DNA of 64,000 nucleotides from Tubiluchus corallicola (lineage: Eukaryota > Animalia > Priapulida), in the NCBI GenBank assembly GCA_030141605.1, contig JAQGDQ010000050.1, positions 321,971-385,970 of the forward strand, in the 5' to 3' direction. Both the position numbers and the translations under genes were made by a program. Below the pieces are notes generated by a model. That model did not search any database. It saw only the letters and a list, made by a program, of their open reading frames with translations, and was not told the origin of the DNA. Of this stretch, positions 41,851 to 56,900 are shown piece by piece (position 1 is the stretch's first letter; each line of letters begins with the position of its first letter).

Positions 41851-42789
41851 CTAGTCTGCCAGAACACCTGTTAGATTTACACATTATATTTTAAATTTAT
41901 ATTTATTATAAATATTTTATTATATTTATATTTATATTCACATTATATTTTTAGCTAATTTTAAAATAATTTAAGTGAAAAAACCATTTTAACTGGTGAT
42001 CATCTATAGCAAATTTTATGCGCCAGCCATGTCAGCCCGTAAACAATTTTAGTAATTCGGCGCACTTGAAGATTGAAGTTTATAATCTCCACGATTTTCT
42101 AATTATTGTATATATTATACTCATAGCAGAGATTGTTGGCTGTTTGCTTTGGCGCTACGCTCATTCACTTATTCAGTGAGTTACAACTTAAAAGTATGTC
42201 ACCACATAGGTGAGTATAGAGTCGTTAGGCGTGACCGCACTGATAAAAGCTTTCATGGCGCGTCGCTTTTTTAATCATAACAGAACAGTAAAATGGTACG
42301 CATGTGCAGCAGAATCACTAAAAAATAGTAAACAACGTTGAACAGTGGGTATAACATTGATGTGACACTTGACAGTGAGCAGGAAAGTAGTAGATTTGTT
42401 TAGAGTTAAAAACGCTGTTGGATAATCGCCCACGAGAATATATCAACATTGGTAAGTTCGGGCTTCTATGCGTTCATGTTTGTTGACGTGCTAGTTGCAG
42501 TACTTCTTATTAACTGTACTGTAGCTTTAGATGATTAAACTGAACTGAAGTTTCCTTTTTAAACCCGTTTTCCTGACCGTTTTGGCAGCACAGTATCATC
42601 ATTGTATGTTAAGTCGAACTAACTATAGATAAACACCATGAAGAAAAACAGGAAATAAATTTTGTTTTGTTTTATAATGACATTGTCTGCTTTGTTGCAA
42701 AACTTGCTTGTAGAGGTAGGACTCCATGTGTGAATAATGTGTGATGCGTAACTGTTTCTGCGTGCCCGTGTTAGCTAGGTGTAAACCAA

Positions 42790-43200
42790 TACTGGACTAT
42801 GGTGATGTAGTTTGGTGTTCTTTAAGCAATACATAAGGTAGAATCTATTTAACGGAAAGTCACCAAGTTAGTACCTGTCATTTAAAGATCATATGCAGAG
42901 ATTGAAGTTACCATCCCTACGTTTCAGAAGAAAAAGAGGTGACCAAATCATTCTGTATCGTATATATAATAACCATACAAGAATCGATAACAGAAAATAT
43001 TTTTCAACTAATCCACTTGGAGCAGGATACAAGGTCACAAAGCCCAGATGTACAAACAAGAACAGGTTCATTTTTAGAGTGATGAATGATTGGAATTCCC
43101 TCACTACATCAATATGGACCACCACATCAGCAGATCAATTTAAGAAGAAATTAGACATATACTGGGAAGATCATCAATACTGTTTCATGATCCGGCCTGA
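42790..43200 (+). mobile_element. 3' fragment of a CR1/L2-type LINE
   Basis: RLKLPSLRFRRKRGDQIILYRI...FRVMNDWNSL...SADQFKKKLDIYW resembles the CR1-clade ORF2 C-terminus. Confidence 0.75.
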
Positions 43201-46200
43201 GTGGACTTTAAATGTCATTTAAAAATCCAGTCCTTCCGCAACCACCTTTTTCAAACATTTCACAAACCAGCATTACTGACCCTCACACCAAACCGTCACT
43301 GACCTTGCTTCCTCACCATACCTTGCCAACTGACGCTAGGCGGTACTTCATCATCCACTAGAGAGACAACTTTTGAGAGGCTTGATGATAAAACATTTGA
43401 GATAAAACGTTTAACAGAGGCTTGATGAGAGTGAAAATGCTTCGCCTTGTCGATCTACGGTAATATATGCTTATTAAACTATTAACAGACCTGTCGTCGT
43501 TTGTGAAAACTGGATGTAATAAATTCAATAGAAAGTACAGACTTTTAGTACATAACATTTGCAGGCAAGAGAACAATAAAATGAATTAGTGATGGGACTG
43601 GATCGGGTCTACCAGATTTGGGAGATTCTGATCCATTGTTTTGGGCATGGAGCAGATTTTTGCTTAAACCTTAATTGTTTTAGACTCTCTTAGACTGACT
43701 TAGAGATGGCCACTGTAGCAAAGCAAGTCCATTTTTTGATACCATAATTAAAAATTTTATTTGCATAGCCTAACAGAATGATGACCAGGCTTCCAATTTT
43801 TTGTTTTTCAAAACAGTAATTTAAAGTAAGGAAAATCACAAAACTAATCGGTTAATTTATGAGTTTGTGGTTTATTTTATGTCTGGCTTGAATTATGACA
43901 GTACATTTCTTGAAAATCGTGTCATAGACTGTTCATTCCGTGTTTGAGCCTTTGGGCTTCATTCTGTGAGCAGACATGTGCATACGCACTTTTTGGACCA
44001 GTAATGCGACTAATGTCTGTGCGAGGTTGCACTTATGCAAATAATGCATATAGTGCAGTAACAAAAAATTTGTAATCTGTACTTGAGCTGTTAGTTGTGC
44101 GACTTTTTGTTGATTTTGGAAAAAAATTTCACGATGGCAGCTTACACGACTTAAAATTTTACATTGATACATATTACATAATTGAAGCCTATATTATAAT
44201 TGTGTTGTACAACATCTGCACAAGCTTTCACGTTAAATTAACTTAAGAAACAGTAATGTAGGCCTAAGATTATTTAAAGTCAATAACAGTGCCATTCCCT
44301 ATGAGCTAGGGTAATGCTTTTTCTCTATTTGATAAACGGTATACTGATGAATAATATGCAGAACTTCATCAAGCATTGAGATAATTATTGAAGAATTTAC
44401 TGGGATGAATTCTTGTGTTATCGTATATAAACACATCTTTTAATACGGCCTAAAAGTAGTTATTGCATATGTGTCAGTAAATTGCTTGTGAGACTGTGAG
44501 CATTTGTTTGGCATTGTTGTGGAATGGCTAGATTTTCAGCCTGCACATTAGAAAGAAACTACAAAGCTGCCAGAAAAATCGATGTTCTAGCTTTGAATCT
44601 GGAATTGCAAGATTATAGTTAAGAGATGGGTTGGGTCTGTAAAAATCCATTTGATCTCCACCAAAGAGAACATTGTGGACCTGGACTTGCAGTTTCGTAC
44701 ACCTCTGCCACACTGCTTTTGTATTTAAAAATGTCAGTTCAAAATTCTCAGTTTTGTATTTAACAATGAAGTTCTAATCTAATCTAAGTAATTATAATTG
44801 TTATGGAATAATTCATTTGTTGTCGTTTAAAATGAAAATGCTTGGGTGTATTGTGTTTTCAGACTTTGATGCAATGCTTAGTAGGTTCTGTAGATTCGAA
44901 ATAATAACCTTGCTCTACCGTGTTATTTGTCTAGAAATTTTGCAAATTTGCTTGATTTGTGCAACATTTATCAGGATGGTCTGTCAGTCAGGTTTATGAC
45001 TTGATTTATCTTCAACTGTATCATTGATACCCTTTTAAATGTAGTCTATATAGACAGCTAACATTATCTGTAAACCCTGATATGAAATGCAACATATTCA
45101 TGATTTCATTCAGTAATTTTTAAAATAGGCTACTTTGCGTACTTTGTGTAAACGCGTAAATTTTTTTTGCTTGTATTAAATATTCGGAACTATTTCCCAA
45201 AATGCAAGGAAGCATGTTTGTAGCTATTGTAGGAGAATTTGCTTTGGCAAAGGTTTGGTGCAAGTATAATTCAGTGTCATGCAGTTTTAAGAAAGTTCTC
45301 TATTAGAGAAACGTCTAACAAATGAAGTCACAGGATAAAGAGTGCGATTCATCTGTAAACAAATGTGTTTTAACGGGCTTCTGTTTAGTTTACACTCTGA
45401 TGTATGAACAGGACAGAAATGCATATGTATCATCATTTAAATATGTTAAGTGCTTCCACATTAAAACCTTAGAGAGTGTCATTTTGATCCATAAATTTTG
45501 TCATGAGGCATCTTGAATATTGATGTTGTCGCTTAAGTTTTCTAAGAGATATTCACACTAAGTTTACTTAAATCCATCTAGAATATACACTTTTCGCTTA
45601 TTTCAGTCCTTGGTGACAAGACTCAGGTGCCAACTCTTATTAGATAATTGATGATTATAGAAACAAGAGAGATTGCCTAGCTTACAAAGATACTGCAGCT
45701 CATATTATGGAAACACAATCTGGCTGCATTAGTTGCTCTGTTCTTAGGTACATTGGCACATAAAAAACAAAAGTTGTGGATGAATATTTTGACTTTAAAG
45801 TTTTGATTCCTGCTGCTAAAGAAGCAATAACAGACAATATATAGAGTGTTTCTAGACCACTTTATAAAACCAGAAAAAGAGTGAACTTAATAGCAATAGA
45901 GCACAAGAATTGTTTTATGTAGTATCGCATAGCTTTCCAACAATTTTTTAAGTTTACTATTTAGCTGGCAAACTGAAATGTTTATTGGATAGTTATAATT
46001 CTTTTTACATAATTTTTATTACACTGTTTTCATGGGTCTTGTGCAGCTTGTGTAGAGAAAGAAAGCTATTGCATGTAGAAATAAGAAATACCTCCATTTA
46101 TTCTCTCTTTTATGCTTAGTCAAGGGAATAAAGCTATAGAGGCGACAACACTTCAAATTCCTTCCTTTTATCATTGCGTACAATTAAAAAATACGGTCTA

Positions 46201-49200
46201 ACGAATCACAGACATCAAGCAACCCTTCCCTTTTTTTGTCCATAGTCAAGAAAATGACTTTAAATAGATGTTAAGAAAATGTCGATTTCTCCCTCCTATT
46301 ATCAAGCAAGGCTATAGAGATGAAACAGATTTGGATTCCTTCTTTTTGCCATTTTTGTGTAATATCTTACATACAGTTGACGCCCGTGGGTGGATGCTGA
46401 AACTACTCATTTTTGATTTCTAACTTTCGTGTACGTACGTATTTCAACATTACATTTTCTAGGTTAAGCTTATCAACCTGTCATCAGACAAAGAACAATA
46501 TCCTTACATTTTCCGCAGTCCTCACTTGAACCTTATTGATTCTTTTGATGCTGCTTTGATGCACGAAGTGGAAAATCTCTGAGCTGGTGTGCATGTGTTC
46601 TGGCAGCAGTACGGATCAATAGCCCATTTCATTCATACGGTGGGGAAAACGGGGATGATTGAGCCTGAGCTTAGAAATCTTGTTAATCTCTTGCTGTTAC
46701 ACCTTATTCAGCTAATTCTTGATTCTGTACTATACTGTAGGTGTAGGTGTTTTGTTGTTGATTGTTAACGTACAGATTGCGTAAAAGGGCTTTTGCATTA
46801 TTGTCTGAAATTATTCATTTTTGCCCTTTATCCCATTAGATGAATAAAATATACCTATTATCGTTTCCCTGGTGGTTTGGGCGATAAAAAAACTCGTATG
46901 TCTATTTTGTATTTAGACCCATACACGGTGGTGTGCTTTATAATTACTCTAGATTTTTGCTAAGCTTTGTGTTTGATCTTCAACTCTCATTACTGGCATA
47001 ACATGAAAATAACTAATATTTATTGTTAATAAATCTGCCACTATCACAGCTAAATTTTCCAATTTATCGCTTTGGTGCTGTATTAGCGTGACCTGAGACA
47101 TTTCTGTGATATTGCCTCAGGAAGTAAATTATGTATTTGCCAGTAGGTGTACGCTAACTCGAATTAATTTTAAAATATTTTGCATAAATTTCCTGGGATG
47201 CGCCTGGCGCGTACTATTGTTGACTCTCTACGATTAGAGCGCAGTTCATCAATTTTATGAAGCGTACAAGATTACATGATTATTAGCATTTGTTTTGCTT
47301 GATTTTATTTGCGCGAGTAATGACAAACTCTCATTTGATTTACAATGTACAAATAAAGCTACACTCTTTCTTTTATTGTAGCAGCATATAATTTTGTTTC
47401 TGATCTTTAAAATGATTTTTATGTTGTGCCATGCTCTTTTTTGGATATCACACTAGCATTGAAGGATAATCTAGTTAGGAAAGTGCTGTAACTTTATGAA
47501 TTGATATGTTTAGTTTGGCTTGTAATTTAATGCCGTCACTTGCATTGTTGTTAGAGCTTAAAACAGGCTCCTGCTTTTTATTTTTGTAGTGATATTATTA
47601 TAGTTTCTGCAATTGTAATGGTAGCAGCAGTTAAATAGTTTACTTGGAAATAAATTACTTGAATTTTGACCAAAATTTTTGTGGCTTTTCTTGATCAGGA
47701 ATTTGAATGAAAAATTGTTATTGGTTAATAAGTTTCTTGTGGTTAAGCATATCCCCGTAGGTGTATTGGAAAAACTCCAAGCTTGCTTAGCTGACACAAA
47801 ATGACGCAAAACAGGCTTTTCTGCCTACAAACGAACTGTCTCATAAACAAAATATTATCGCACGAGCAGCAAAAACATCTAAATATCTGAAATCAAATAT
47901 TGTTTGTTTTGTGCTGGATGCTACAAACAGCACAAATCTGGAAAAATTACATTAGCAAACAGTCAAACACGCTATGTGGTTTTTTCGCCGGAAAATATTC
48001 TAACTTCTCATTTTTTGTGTGTGTTGCCTTTCATTGATTGATACAGTTATTAAACTGTTCCAAGATCCCGCAAAATTTGGGCAGACCCAGTGGTAAAAGG
48101 TCGTCGTTGTGCAAAATTTTGATTAAGTTTTGATGCTGACAAATTTTGGTCCATGGTCTACACAGGATCATGCAGAGGTCAACTAAACAGGAATATGGGA
48201 CGCTATTTTCACAAAAAATTTTGGCTTACGCAAGAGTACAAAAAGAGAATCTCTGTAAAAATAATATTAATTGTTTATGAATACAAACGAACTGAATTAT
48301 AAACCTGTCATCTTGGCATAACATTTGAGTGCAGGTCAACGATTTCTTATGTTTTACGGCTAAACAAAGTTCAAGTTCATGAAAACGGTGTAAACAGTTA
48401 TATTCACGGTGTGTGGTATTTACCTGGTAGCACTCACTGGTCTAATTTTGCATTTCCTACCAGCTACACACTAATAAGAAATTTGTCATAGTACCATTGT
48501 TTATCAAACAAGACGTTCTGAAAAGGCCATTTAACTTCTTACTAGTAATACCTATTTATGCTATTATGTTTTCTAGACTAATGAAAGATGTTGACCGCAT
48601 TGAGCAACTGACTGCAAAAAACAAAAGTTAATGAACTGTTTAAAAGATCATTGCATGTTATTTTACGACTTGAGTCACATGCTCACGTATGCGTTTACTT
48701 TTAGTAGCAGTGCAAGTCGACAGACACTTGATCTGATTATGAATGATAAATTATAGTATTAACCCGATGAGTAAATTCATTGCTTGCGCCATATCATCAT
48801 AGAGTTAGAGTAACTCGACGAGTACTACTCATCTCGAGTGGTGGTAGTGGTGTTGGTGGCAACTGCGGCGGTCACAGCAACAGTAAACAGCGGCAGCGGC
48901 AGTGATAGGCATAGTGATATTTATGAAGTTCTACTTCTAATTCAGTTTAGTCAGAAATTCCGTGAATTAAGACACACGGGTTTGGATGAGTTGCTATGTA
49001 TTGGTAGCAGTCATTCTGAACGACAACATGATAAATTGGCTTCAAATTGTGTTATAGTCGTTACTAATGGTTCAATTAATTCTTAAAGGTAAAGCGCTGA
49101 ACATGTACACAATATGATTTTGAGTTATTACTTCCCCTGTGTCAAAGCACAATTTGTAACATTAATAAAGTGCTGGGGGCTGTTATTCCCAATAGTTAGC

Positions 49201-50206
49201 CTAGTTACGAATGGAAAGATTGTTCGTGATACAGTCTACAGACACGAAAGACAACTAAGACAAGTTTATAATTTTCTCAATTCTCAAGACAATTGTTTTA
49301 CTTGATATCATGTAAAAAAATAAACCCATAAGATCCCACCCACACCACATCACAATGACAACCTAGCCACCCCACACCACACCAAACCATACCACACCCA
49401 CCTCGCTACCACACAACATCTATCTTGCCACCATACCATGCCCAGCACACCAACTAACCATAATACACTACACTACAACATATATATATATATATCATCT
49501 CTTTCTTGTCTCCTCTCTCTCTCCCTCACCTTCCCTCTCTCTTTTTTTATCTTGTCTTCATCATCGTGTAATTATGTGCCTTTTTTCTGATGAGCGGAGT
49601 TAGCATTTCCGGACACCACCATGTGGTGTGCTTATGTTTACACTAATGCTCAAGTTACTTGATATCTGCATAGGGCTTCAAGTGGTATCAGTCGGGCTGA
49701 TTCGAATACCACTGCTGTTTTGCCAGCTTTTTATCCCTTTCTTTTTTTCCCTGTAGAAATGTTAGTTACAGTCGCTGCATGCGTCTAGCTTTAATGCTAT
49801 ACAACAATAATACTTTTAAAATCCATACGCCAGTGCGTCGATTTGGCAGGGCAAATCTCCAGTATTCGCAATAAAGCAGTTGATGCCATTGATTATCTAA
49901 CGTCCCAAACTGAATCTTATAGCCTTGTTTTGTTCTGTCTAAATATCTTTGTGTTACAGTAACGCAGTGGTTGTTATTGTAGTTGTTTTAAAGTTAGCTG
50001 GAACATCACATGCTGCAATAGTCTTTTCGCTTTACCAGTTCTATTTTATCTGACTCAGAAAACTGAACACTAAACAATAACTATAATTAAAATTTCCACT
50101 TATTAATCTATCTTCCCATCATTCAGTCACGGAATTCTCGAATATTATTTTCTAATCCTGAATATTGAATTATGTATGTAGTGATTGCATCGTTTTAAGA
50201 AAAATG

Positions 50207-50208
<2 letters not shown>

Positions 50209-50246
<38 letters not shown>
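50209..50246. repeat. (TA)n microsatellite
   Basis: Directly visible. Confidence 0.95.
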
Positions 50247-50248
<2 letters not shown>

Positions 50249-51476
50249 GCTGCGTGCGTATGTAGTGTCACCTTTATTGTTGTTTATACGTAGACACGTC
50301 ATTTCGGCATATATGCACTTATGCATGTATGATTTAGTACATGCAATTTTTCCGTAAATCCTGAAGGCAAGCATTAGATCTATCGATGGAGCCTTGCTGC
50401 CTTGGTTAATTATGTGAACACAGTTGGTTTTTATTAGAATAGTAAACTGTAGTTGTTGACTGTGGAGCATCACAACATAATTTAATCACACTACGCCTTC
50501 ATTAAGTGATTGTATAAGTGAGTATTGTAGAACTAAAGGAATTAAGTGCTTTCCTGAAGCTCCCCATTGTATGGAAGAATAGCTGTAATACTCTCATATA
50601 TGTACTTTGATCCATTACAGGCTTCTACGTTCTTTGTACAAGCACCGTGACAAATACTCTCGTTCATCTTACTGAGTGAGATGCTTTTCGCTTTGATTAC
50701 CACTCTGTAAGCATCTTCTCGTTCATTTCGTTTGTCCTACCATAAAAACATAGGGCATACATAGCGTTTGGTATATTATGGGAATTTGGCTCGTCATGAT
50801 GCGTTACATCAGTTTCAGACAATGGTTATCTTGGTCTTGGTGGTAATGAATGCTAATGATGCTTTTAAACAACGAAAAATTTAGTGGACATTTTATAATG
50901 ATAACGTCTAAAATTAGTGACTGCAAGTGCAACTATTCCAACCAACCAGAATCCTTTAGAGCTGTACTCTCAATTAATGACACACAAAGAAAGAGCAAAC
51001 AAGTTAGCTCGTAGGTGCAACCGTGTATGACCTGTCTAGTTTAGTATTTTAGTGACTGAACGACATTTGCTTAAGTGTGTGATATTCAACATTTGAAAAA
51101 TCATAGTTCATGTGGTATAGACCTTTGTTCATTTTATTATCAGCCAGCTAATGGCTAATGGCATACCTATGTATGATTCTTGTTGACACACCTGTCTCAA
51201 CTGTTCACCACCGATTCATTAGGACCTGCTGAGCAGGTTTGCTTGCACTGATAAATTTATGTATTGTAGGCCTTCATTAAACCTCGTATCATTTAGGTCT
51301 GCAGTACTCAGCACGTATGTTCTAGGCCTGCTGCAGTTTTACAAGTGCAACATTGTTGGATGTTGCTAAGTTTCTGCAAAGTTGTACAATTATTAAACAA
51401 AACTCTTGTGTGGAGTTGTTCAGATTATGTACTGCAACGGCTTTGGTGAGAGAAATTCGAGCGCTTTTTGTTTTAT

Positions 51477-51481
<5 letters not shown>

Positions 51482-51549
<68 letters not shown>
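51482..51549. repeat. (TTA)n microsatellite
   Basis: Directly visible. Confidence 0.97.
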
Positions 51550-52196
51550 TTACTTGATAGACTTATTTCCAATTTTAGATTTTTCTAGATTTTTTCTGCT
51601 GCTTATTATAATCGAAAATCCGATTACTTTTTACAAGGTGTTTTGCATCCTGATACCCTTTTTTTCACAATTTTCTGTGATGAGTGCGTTGATAATAGTG
51701 ATCGATGAACCAAATTCTAGTTATGCATAATTTAAAAACTGGGCATTTGTGCAAGAGTCATCTGAGACATTGCAATTTTTACATGTTGTATCAGTTTTAA
51801 TACACTTAATAATTAACAAATCGTAGCATAGTTTGCTTCTTATAGTTACAAATGGAAATTTTGAGTTGCAAAAACTCGCATTACGTTCTTGTGGTGGTGG
51901 TGGAGGAGGAGATGACTCCAGTGCTGTAGTTATCATAATGGTGGTGGCTTTAATAGCGAAGATGATCGTGGTGGTAGTGACGAATTCACCTTACTGCAAT
52001 ACTGCTCATCTTCTGGCAGTCGTCAGAAACATTTATTTGAGGTTGTTTGACATCAGTGAAAAGTTTATTATATCTTGTGAGTGCAGTTATAAATACTTAT
52101 TTGCTTACTTGTTCATTAGTAGTTTGTGTTAATGGGAAAAGCAGTTTTGAAAATTGAACTTGTGCATTGGTAGCTGTAGTTTGTTATTTTTTTCAG

Positions 52197-52251
52197 GACT
52201 GCTTTTGAACTTATTAAAGGACCGCTTCTGACTGAATTCGTTGTTGTAAAG
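52197..52251 (+). other. Possible non-coding 5' UTR exon of RhoBTB
   Basis: Strong acceptor (T-tract plus CAG) and donor AAG|GTAAGA. The RhoBTB ATG exon is itself preceded by an acceptor at 53914, so upstream exons are expected. Confidence 0.45.
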
Positions 52252-53933
52252 GTAAGAAGCGATAGACCTATTATATTTGATATGCCGTTTTTCATTAATG
52301 TAGCGTAACTAATATATTGTCACTGGTATATTTTTTTCGCTTAGTAAAGTCATATCCTCATATTTTTGTGACAGATTTATTGCTATATTCAAACGAAGAC
52401 CAATGTTATATATGCGGGATACACATATAATGAATTTGATTCAATTAATATTGATTCATTGATAATGTATACTGCATAAATTAACTTTTAGGTGCCTTTC
52501 TGTGATACGTTTGCAGTCAGTTGTAGGTAGTGAGACCATAAGTGGCCGCGTTTAAATACTAGTAGAGTACTTGTTTTGCTAATGACTCATTCTAAGCAGT
52601 TCAACTGTTCAACCAGCGGGGTGCAATGAAATCATTGAAATGCATTCAGCGCATTACATAATATACACGTAAGCCTTACCTTATAAATCTTTCCATTGGA
52701 CTTACTGTATGTTTTAAGTGGTTTTCTTTCCACAAAGCCATCCTGTCGTGATTTGTGCTTGTTTACTGCTACGATCGCAAAACATTGAAGACTATGAATG
52801 TTAACCTGTAATGTTTATGCTGCACTTTTTGTATAATTATATTATTGGTGGACAAATAATGCATATATGTATATATATATAATATATATATTTATATACA
52901 TGACTGCAAATAAAATTCTGCAGAAAATAATGATTTTTTGTTGTGTTCCTCATTCAGTTCATTTGGAACCTTGGGAAAGGGAGAAGAGAACTTTTTTGTC
53001 ATTAATATGACGTGATTGGTGCCCACACTCTATAACAAGACTGGAGTACTTCCTAGATGGATTTGTGCTCTTACTAACTTTTATTGAATTTGTCCTAACA
53101 TCAGACTAGAAAACCTAACCCTTCTGAAAAACGTTTCTTTCCGGAGAGAAATCGTCAAAGCGCGATGATCTGGTAGTTTAGCATAATTAACACAGAATAG
53201 AAAGCTGCTTTGTCTTATGCTGCTCTACCACAAATTGCAATTGCTTCAGACTCAATCGCAAGTTTACTTGCATTTTAGAAGTGCTTATTTAACGTTGACA
53301 TAGATTATAACATAAAGCACGGCATAAATATACTTGTTTATATTTACTATTGCTGCGTCCTAATGTCGTTAATGCTTTTTGTCAATAACTGTTATCAGCA
53401 GTTTCCCATTAGCAAGCACCTGCTCATTATTGGGCGACATGCAGCTAGTACATGTTCCTTAAATATTAATTATTTCACTTACTGCGCCAGGTGAAAATCT
53501 ATAAGACCCACCTGGATTTTGCGCACCTATGTGCTGCACGCAGTTTCACCGAAGGTTTTTAACTTAAAACAGTTCTAACTTAAGACTTAGCTTATTGCTA
53601 CTTTTTAGGAATTTAATATTAGCTAGAGGGAGAGCAGTCATTAGAGGTGTAGACCCATGCTTTCACGTCAAGTCACATATTTTGACCTTGCGACCCGAAA
53701 ATCAATAGGTTTCCACTTTTTACCAAAACCTATGACTGAGTCTCATTTGATTATTATAAGTTCATACGTTTCATTTTTATTGTGAGTCGTGATGACAGAC
53801 ATAGACAAACAGATAAATGCACAAAACGCCTTACCACCTAACCATACGCTTCCACTAGTGTTGGCAAAGGGAGTGGGTAAATGTGAACATCTCATAGTTT
53901 TTTCCTTGTTTTAGGTATGCATCCTGGATCAGG

Positions 53934-56900
53934 ATGGACCACGAACCGTCGCAAGACGAGTTGGTCAAATGCGTCGTGGTGGGAGACACAGCTGTGGGTA
54001 TGTAGCAAAGTGAAAGACGAAGTGAAACTTTAATATCATCTCTCACCATGATCCAATAAAGTGTTTCACCATGATCCATATAAATGTGAGACTGTTATTA
54101 TAGATCTAATAGAGCAAACTGATTTCTCTTGTTTTTAACAGAACAGTAGGTTTGTTTAACATCGAAGTTATGTGAAATAAAAACGGAATTAGTATTCCTT
54201 TCTTATTAGCTAAAGCATCTATATATAATAATTCTTTTATTTTCATAAAAACCAGGTATATTCCAAACAATCATGAATTTCTTTAACCGTAATGTTAATA
54301 ATGTTACAACGCTACTTCTTTTTAAAATGAATTCATCGTCTTGCGCTGTTTACTAATTGTATCATTGCTTATCTTAATTTTTCATACAACAGGTTCACAT
54401 TTGTACATCAGAATTTTTATACAGGTTGACACTTTGCAATCTGGAATCCAAAATTTATAAGCAGGGCCTACTTCATTAATGTGCATGTGCATTATTAATA
54501 ATTTTTGATTGTGACAGGACTTGAATCTGGTTCACTGTCATAGGGGTAGGGTCGATTTTTCCGGGGGGGGGGGGGGGCTGAGCCGCTTTTACCCAAAAAA
54601 TACAACCCCTGAAACCACCTAAAGCAAGTATTGAAAATGGTAACACAGCAACCAATTGCTGACCAGCCTTGGTGTTGCGTAACATTGATCCATTCTACTA
54701 CTCACCTGTGTTTAGACATATTTTATAAAATGCTACAAAATAATTTATTGAATTTGCAGCGTGATTGTCCTGTTCTGGGGTGTGCATTTGACCCGAACAA
54801 GCATTTTATATTGCAAAACTAGCTCGTGAAGCTGTCACTGAAGTGCCATTGACGAAAACTAAATAAACAATGGCATAAGCTAAACAAGTAAAGAGGATAA
54901 ACAAATGAAGTAAATGAATGTAGAACCTGTTGGCAGGCACAGAATATTGTTTTTGAAAGCAACAGTAGTTTCAATAGTGTTCATCATTGCAGACCAATAA
55001 GTATGACAATTATAAACCTGACATTGATTGTTTTAGGCTTTAGATAGAATATTGCCTGATTCAATTTGAAATAATTTTTCTGTATGTTACTGCTTATGGA
55101 ATATGAGATTCTAAAAAACTATATGTGCGATTTCACCTTGTGCTGGCGGTATTAGTATTGCTGTCAACAAAACTAGCTTTTAGGTGACTTAGTTGGAGAT
55201 TTTACTATTTTTATTTATTAATCCAAATCAAATCAAGTTTATTTTTCTCTGAAACATATCTGGAACGAATACATGTATAAGAATGTATACACATCAATAG
55301 AGTAGTAATTGTGTTAATTAAGGTAGAAATAACGTAAACGAGGTAGGGTAAAGATTTGACTAAAACTGGCATAAAGATAGGTAACTTGGGCACTGGTTAA
55401 CATGGCAGATTAAATAATGGTGTAAAGTTGTCTGTAAAAAATTGAACATAATTACCATCTATATTCACAATTATCATCTGTAAGTTTTTATATTTAATTA
55501 TATGAGATCTAGTAACTTGCATCAAAATTAAATATATAAGTAAGGTATATTTTTAAAAAGGAATCAAAGAAAACAAAATGAATGTTGTTTTGAAAAGCCC
55601 CATAGCATAAGACCTGTAGTAGAAACACAACAACATCCAACAACAACAACAATAATAATATTCTATATACATGATTATTAAACAATAATATGTTATAATA
55701 TTACTGTACAACAATATAATGATTATACTATAATAATTATAATAATGGCAAGCTCTTTGCAAATATAGTCAGTTATTGATTAGTTATGTAATTATGAAGA
55801 AGCAGGTAATCTAAAAAAAATTTGTATGATTTGAGAGAGAATTTACTTGAACTGAGAATGGATTTGCATTTTTTAATACTGGGATCTAACGAATTCCAGA
55901 TTTTTACACCTTGAAATTTGACTGTGTTGAGCGACATGTTGACATCTTTAATTGGAGACTTTTCTATTTTTTATTTAGGTAAGACGCGTCTTATCTGCGC
56001 ACGAGCTTGTGATGTGCAGGTGAGCCTCAAACAACTAGTTGTACCTCATGTTCCAACTGTCTGGGCTATTGATCAATATCGAAACCAGAGACAGGTGAGA
56101 CCTTAGGCTAGGCTCCTAGCATAACTGAATACAACCTCATTGACATAATAACTGTTAATATCATGTTAATATCATGTAAGCTATGTTACTCAAATTTAAA
56201 TAAAAATTGTGCACCTCTTGTTTTCCAGATCACCTCAAAAAATGCATCTTTAAAATATTATGGTGAGCTAAAAATACGATTACAATAAAATAAATTAATT
56301 TCCACAAAAAAATATAATTATTCAAAAAGTCTTAGCATTTTAGGTTTACTTTTTACTATAGACTTGTTTCTACCAACTTTTGCAAAATTTGGTAATCGTG
56401 TTGCAAAACTATGGAAATAGTCTGTGAAATAAAGAATTTTGTAGTGTGCCATGGCTTTTCTGATAAAAAGGAAAATAAAATAATCTAGCAAAACACCTGA
56501 TATTGACATGTTTTGTTAAAACACACATGAAAACAAAGATATTTGTTGACCCAAGTACAGACAGGTGATAATTATTTGCTTGTACAGATTGTCTTTGTTG
56601 ATGCCTTAGTGTGTTCTTTCTTGTTAAACCTATTATGCATGCTGTATAAAGCACTTGCAAAATTTAAATGAATAATTTTCCTTTAAGGTGTATGAGCGAT
56701 CATTTCAAACAGTTGATGGATACAAAGTGTCACTGAGGTTATGGGACACATTTGGTGATCATGATAAAGATCGCCGCTTTGCATATGGCAGGTAAGGGTA
56801 ATAACCTGGACTAATTTATGATAGAACTGGCCAGTTTTCTCAGAATGGGTGTCGTGCTAAAATGGGGCACCACAACTAGCACTTGCAAAGCACATTTGTT

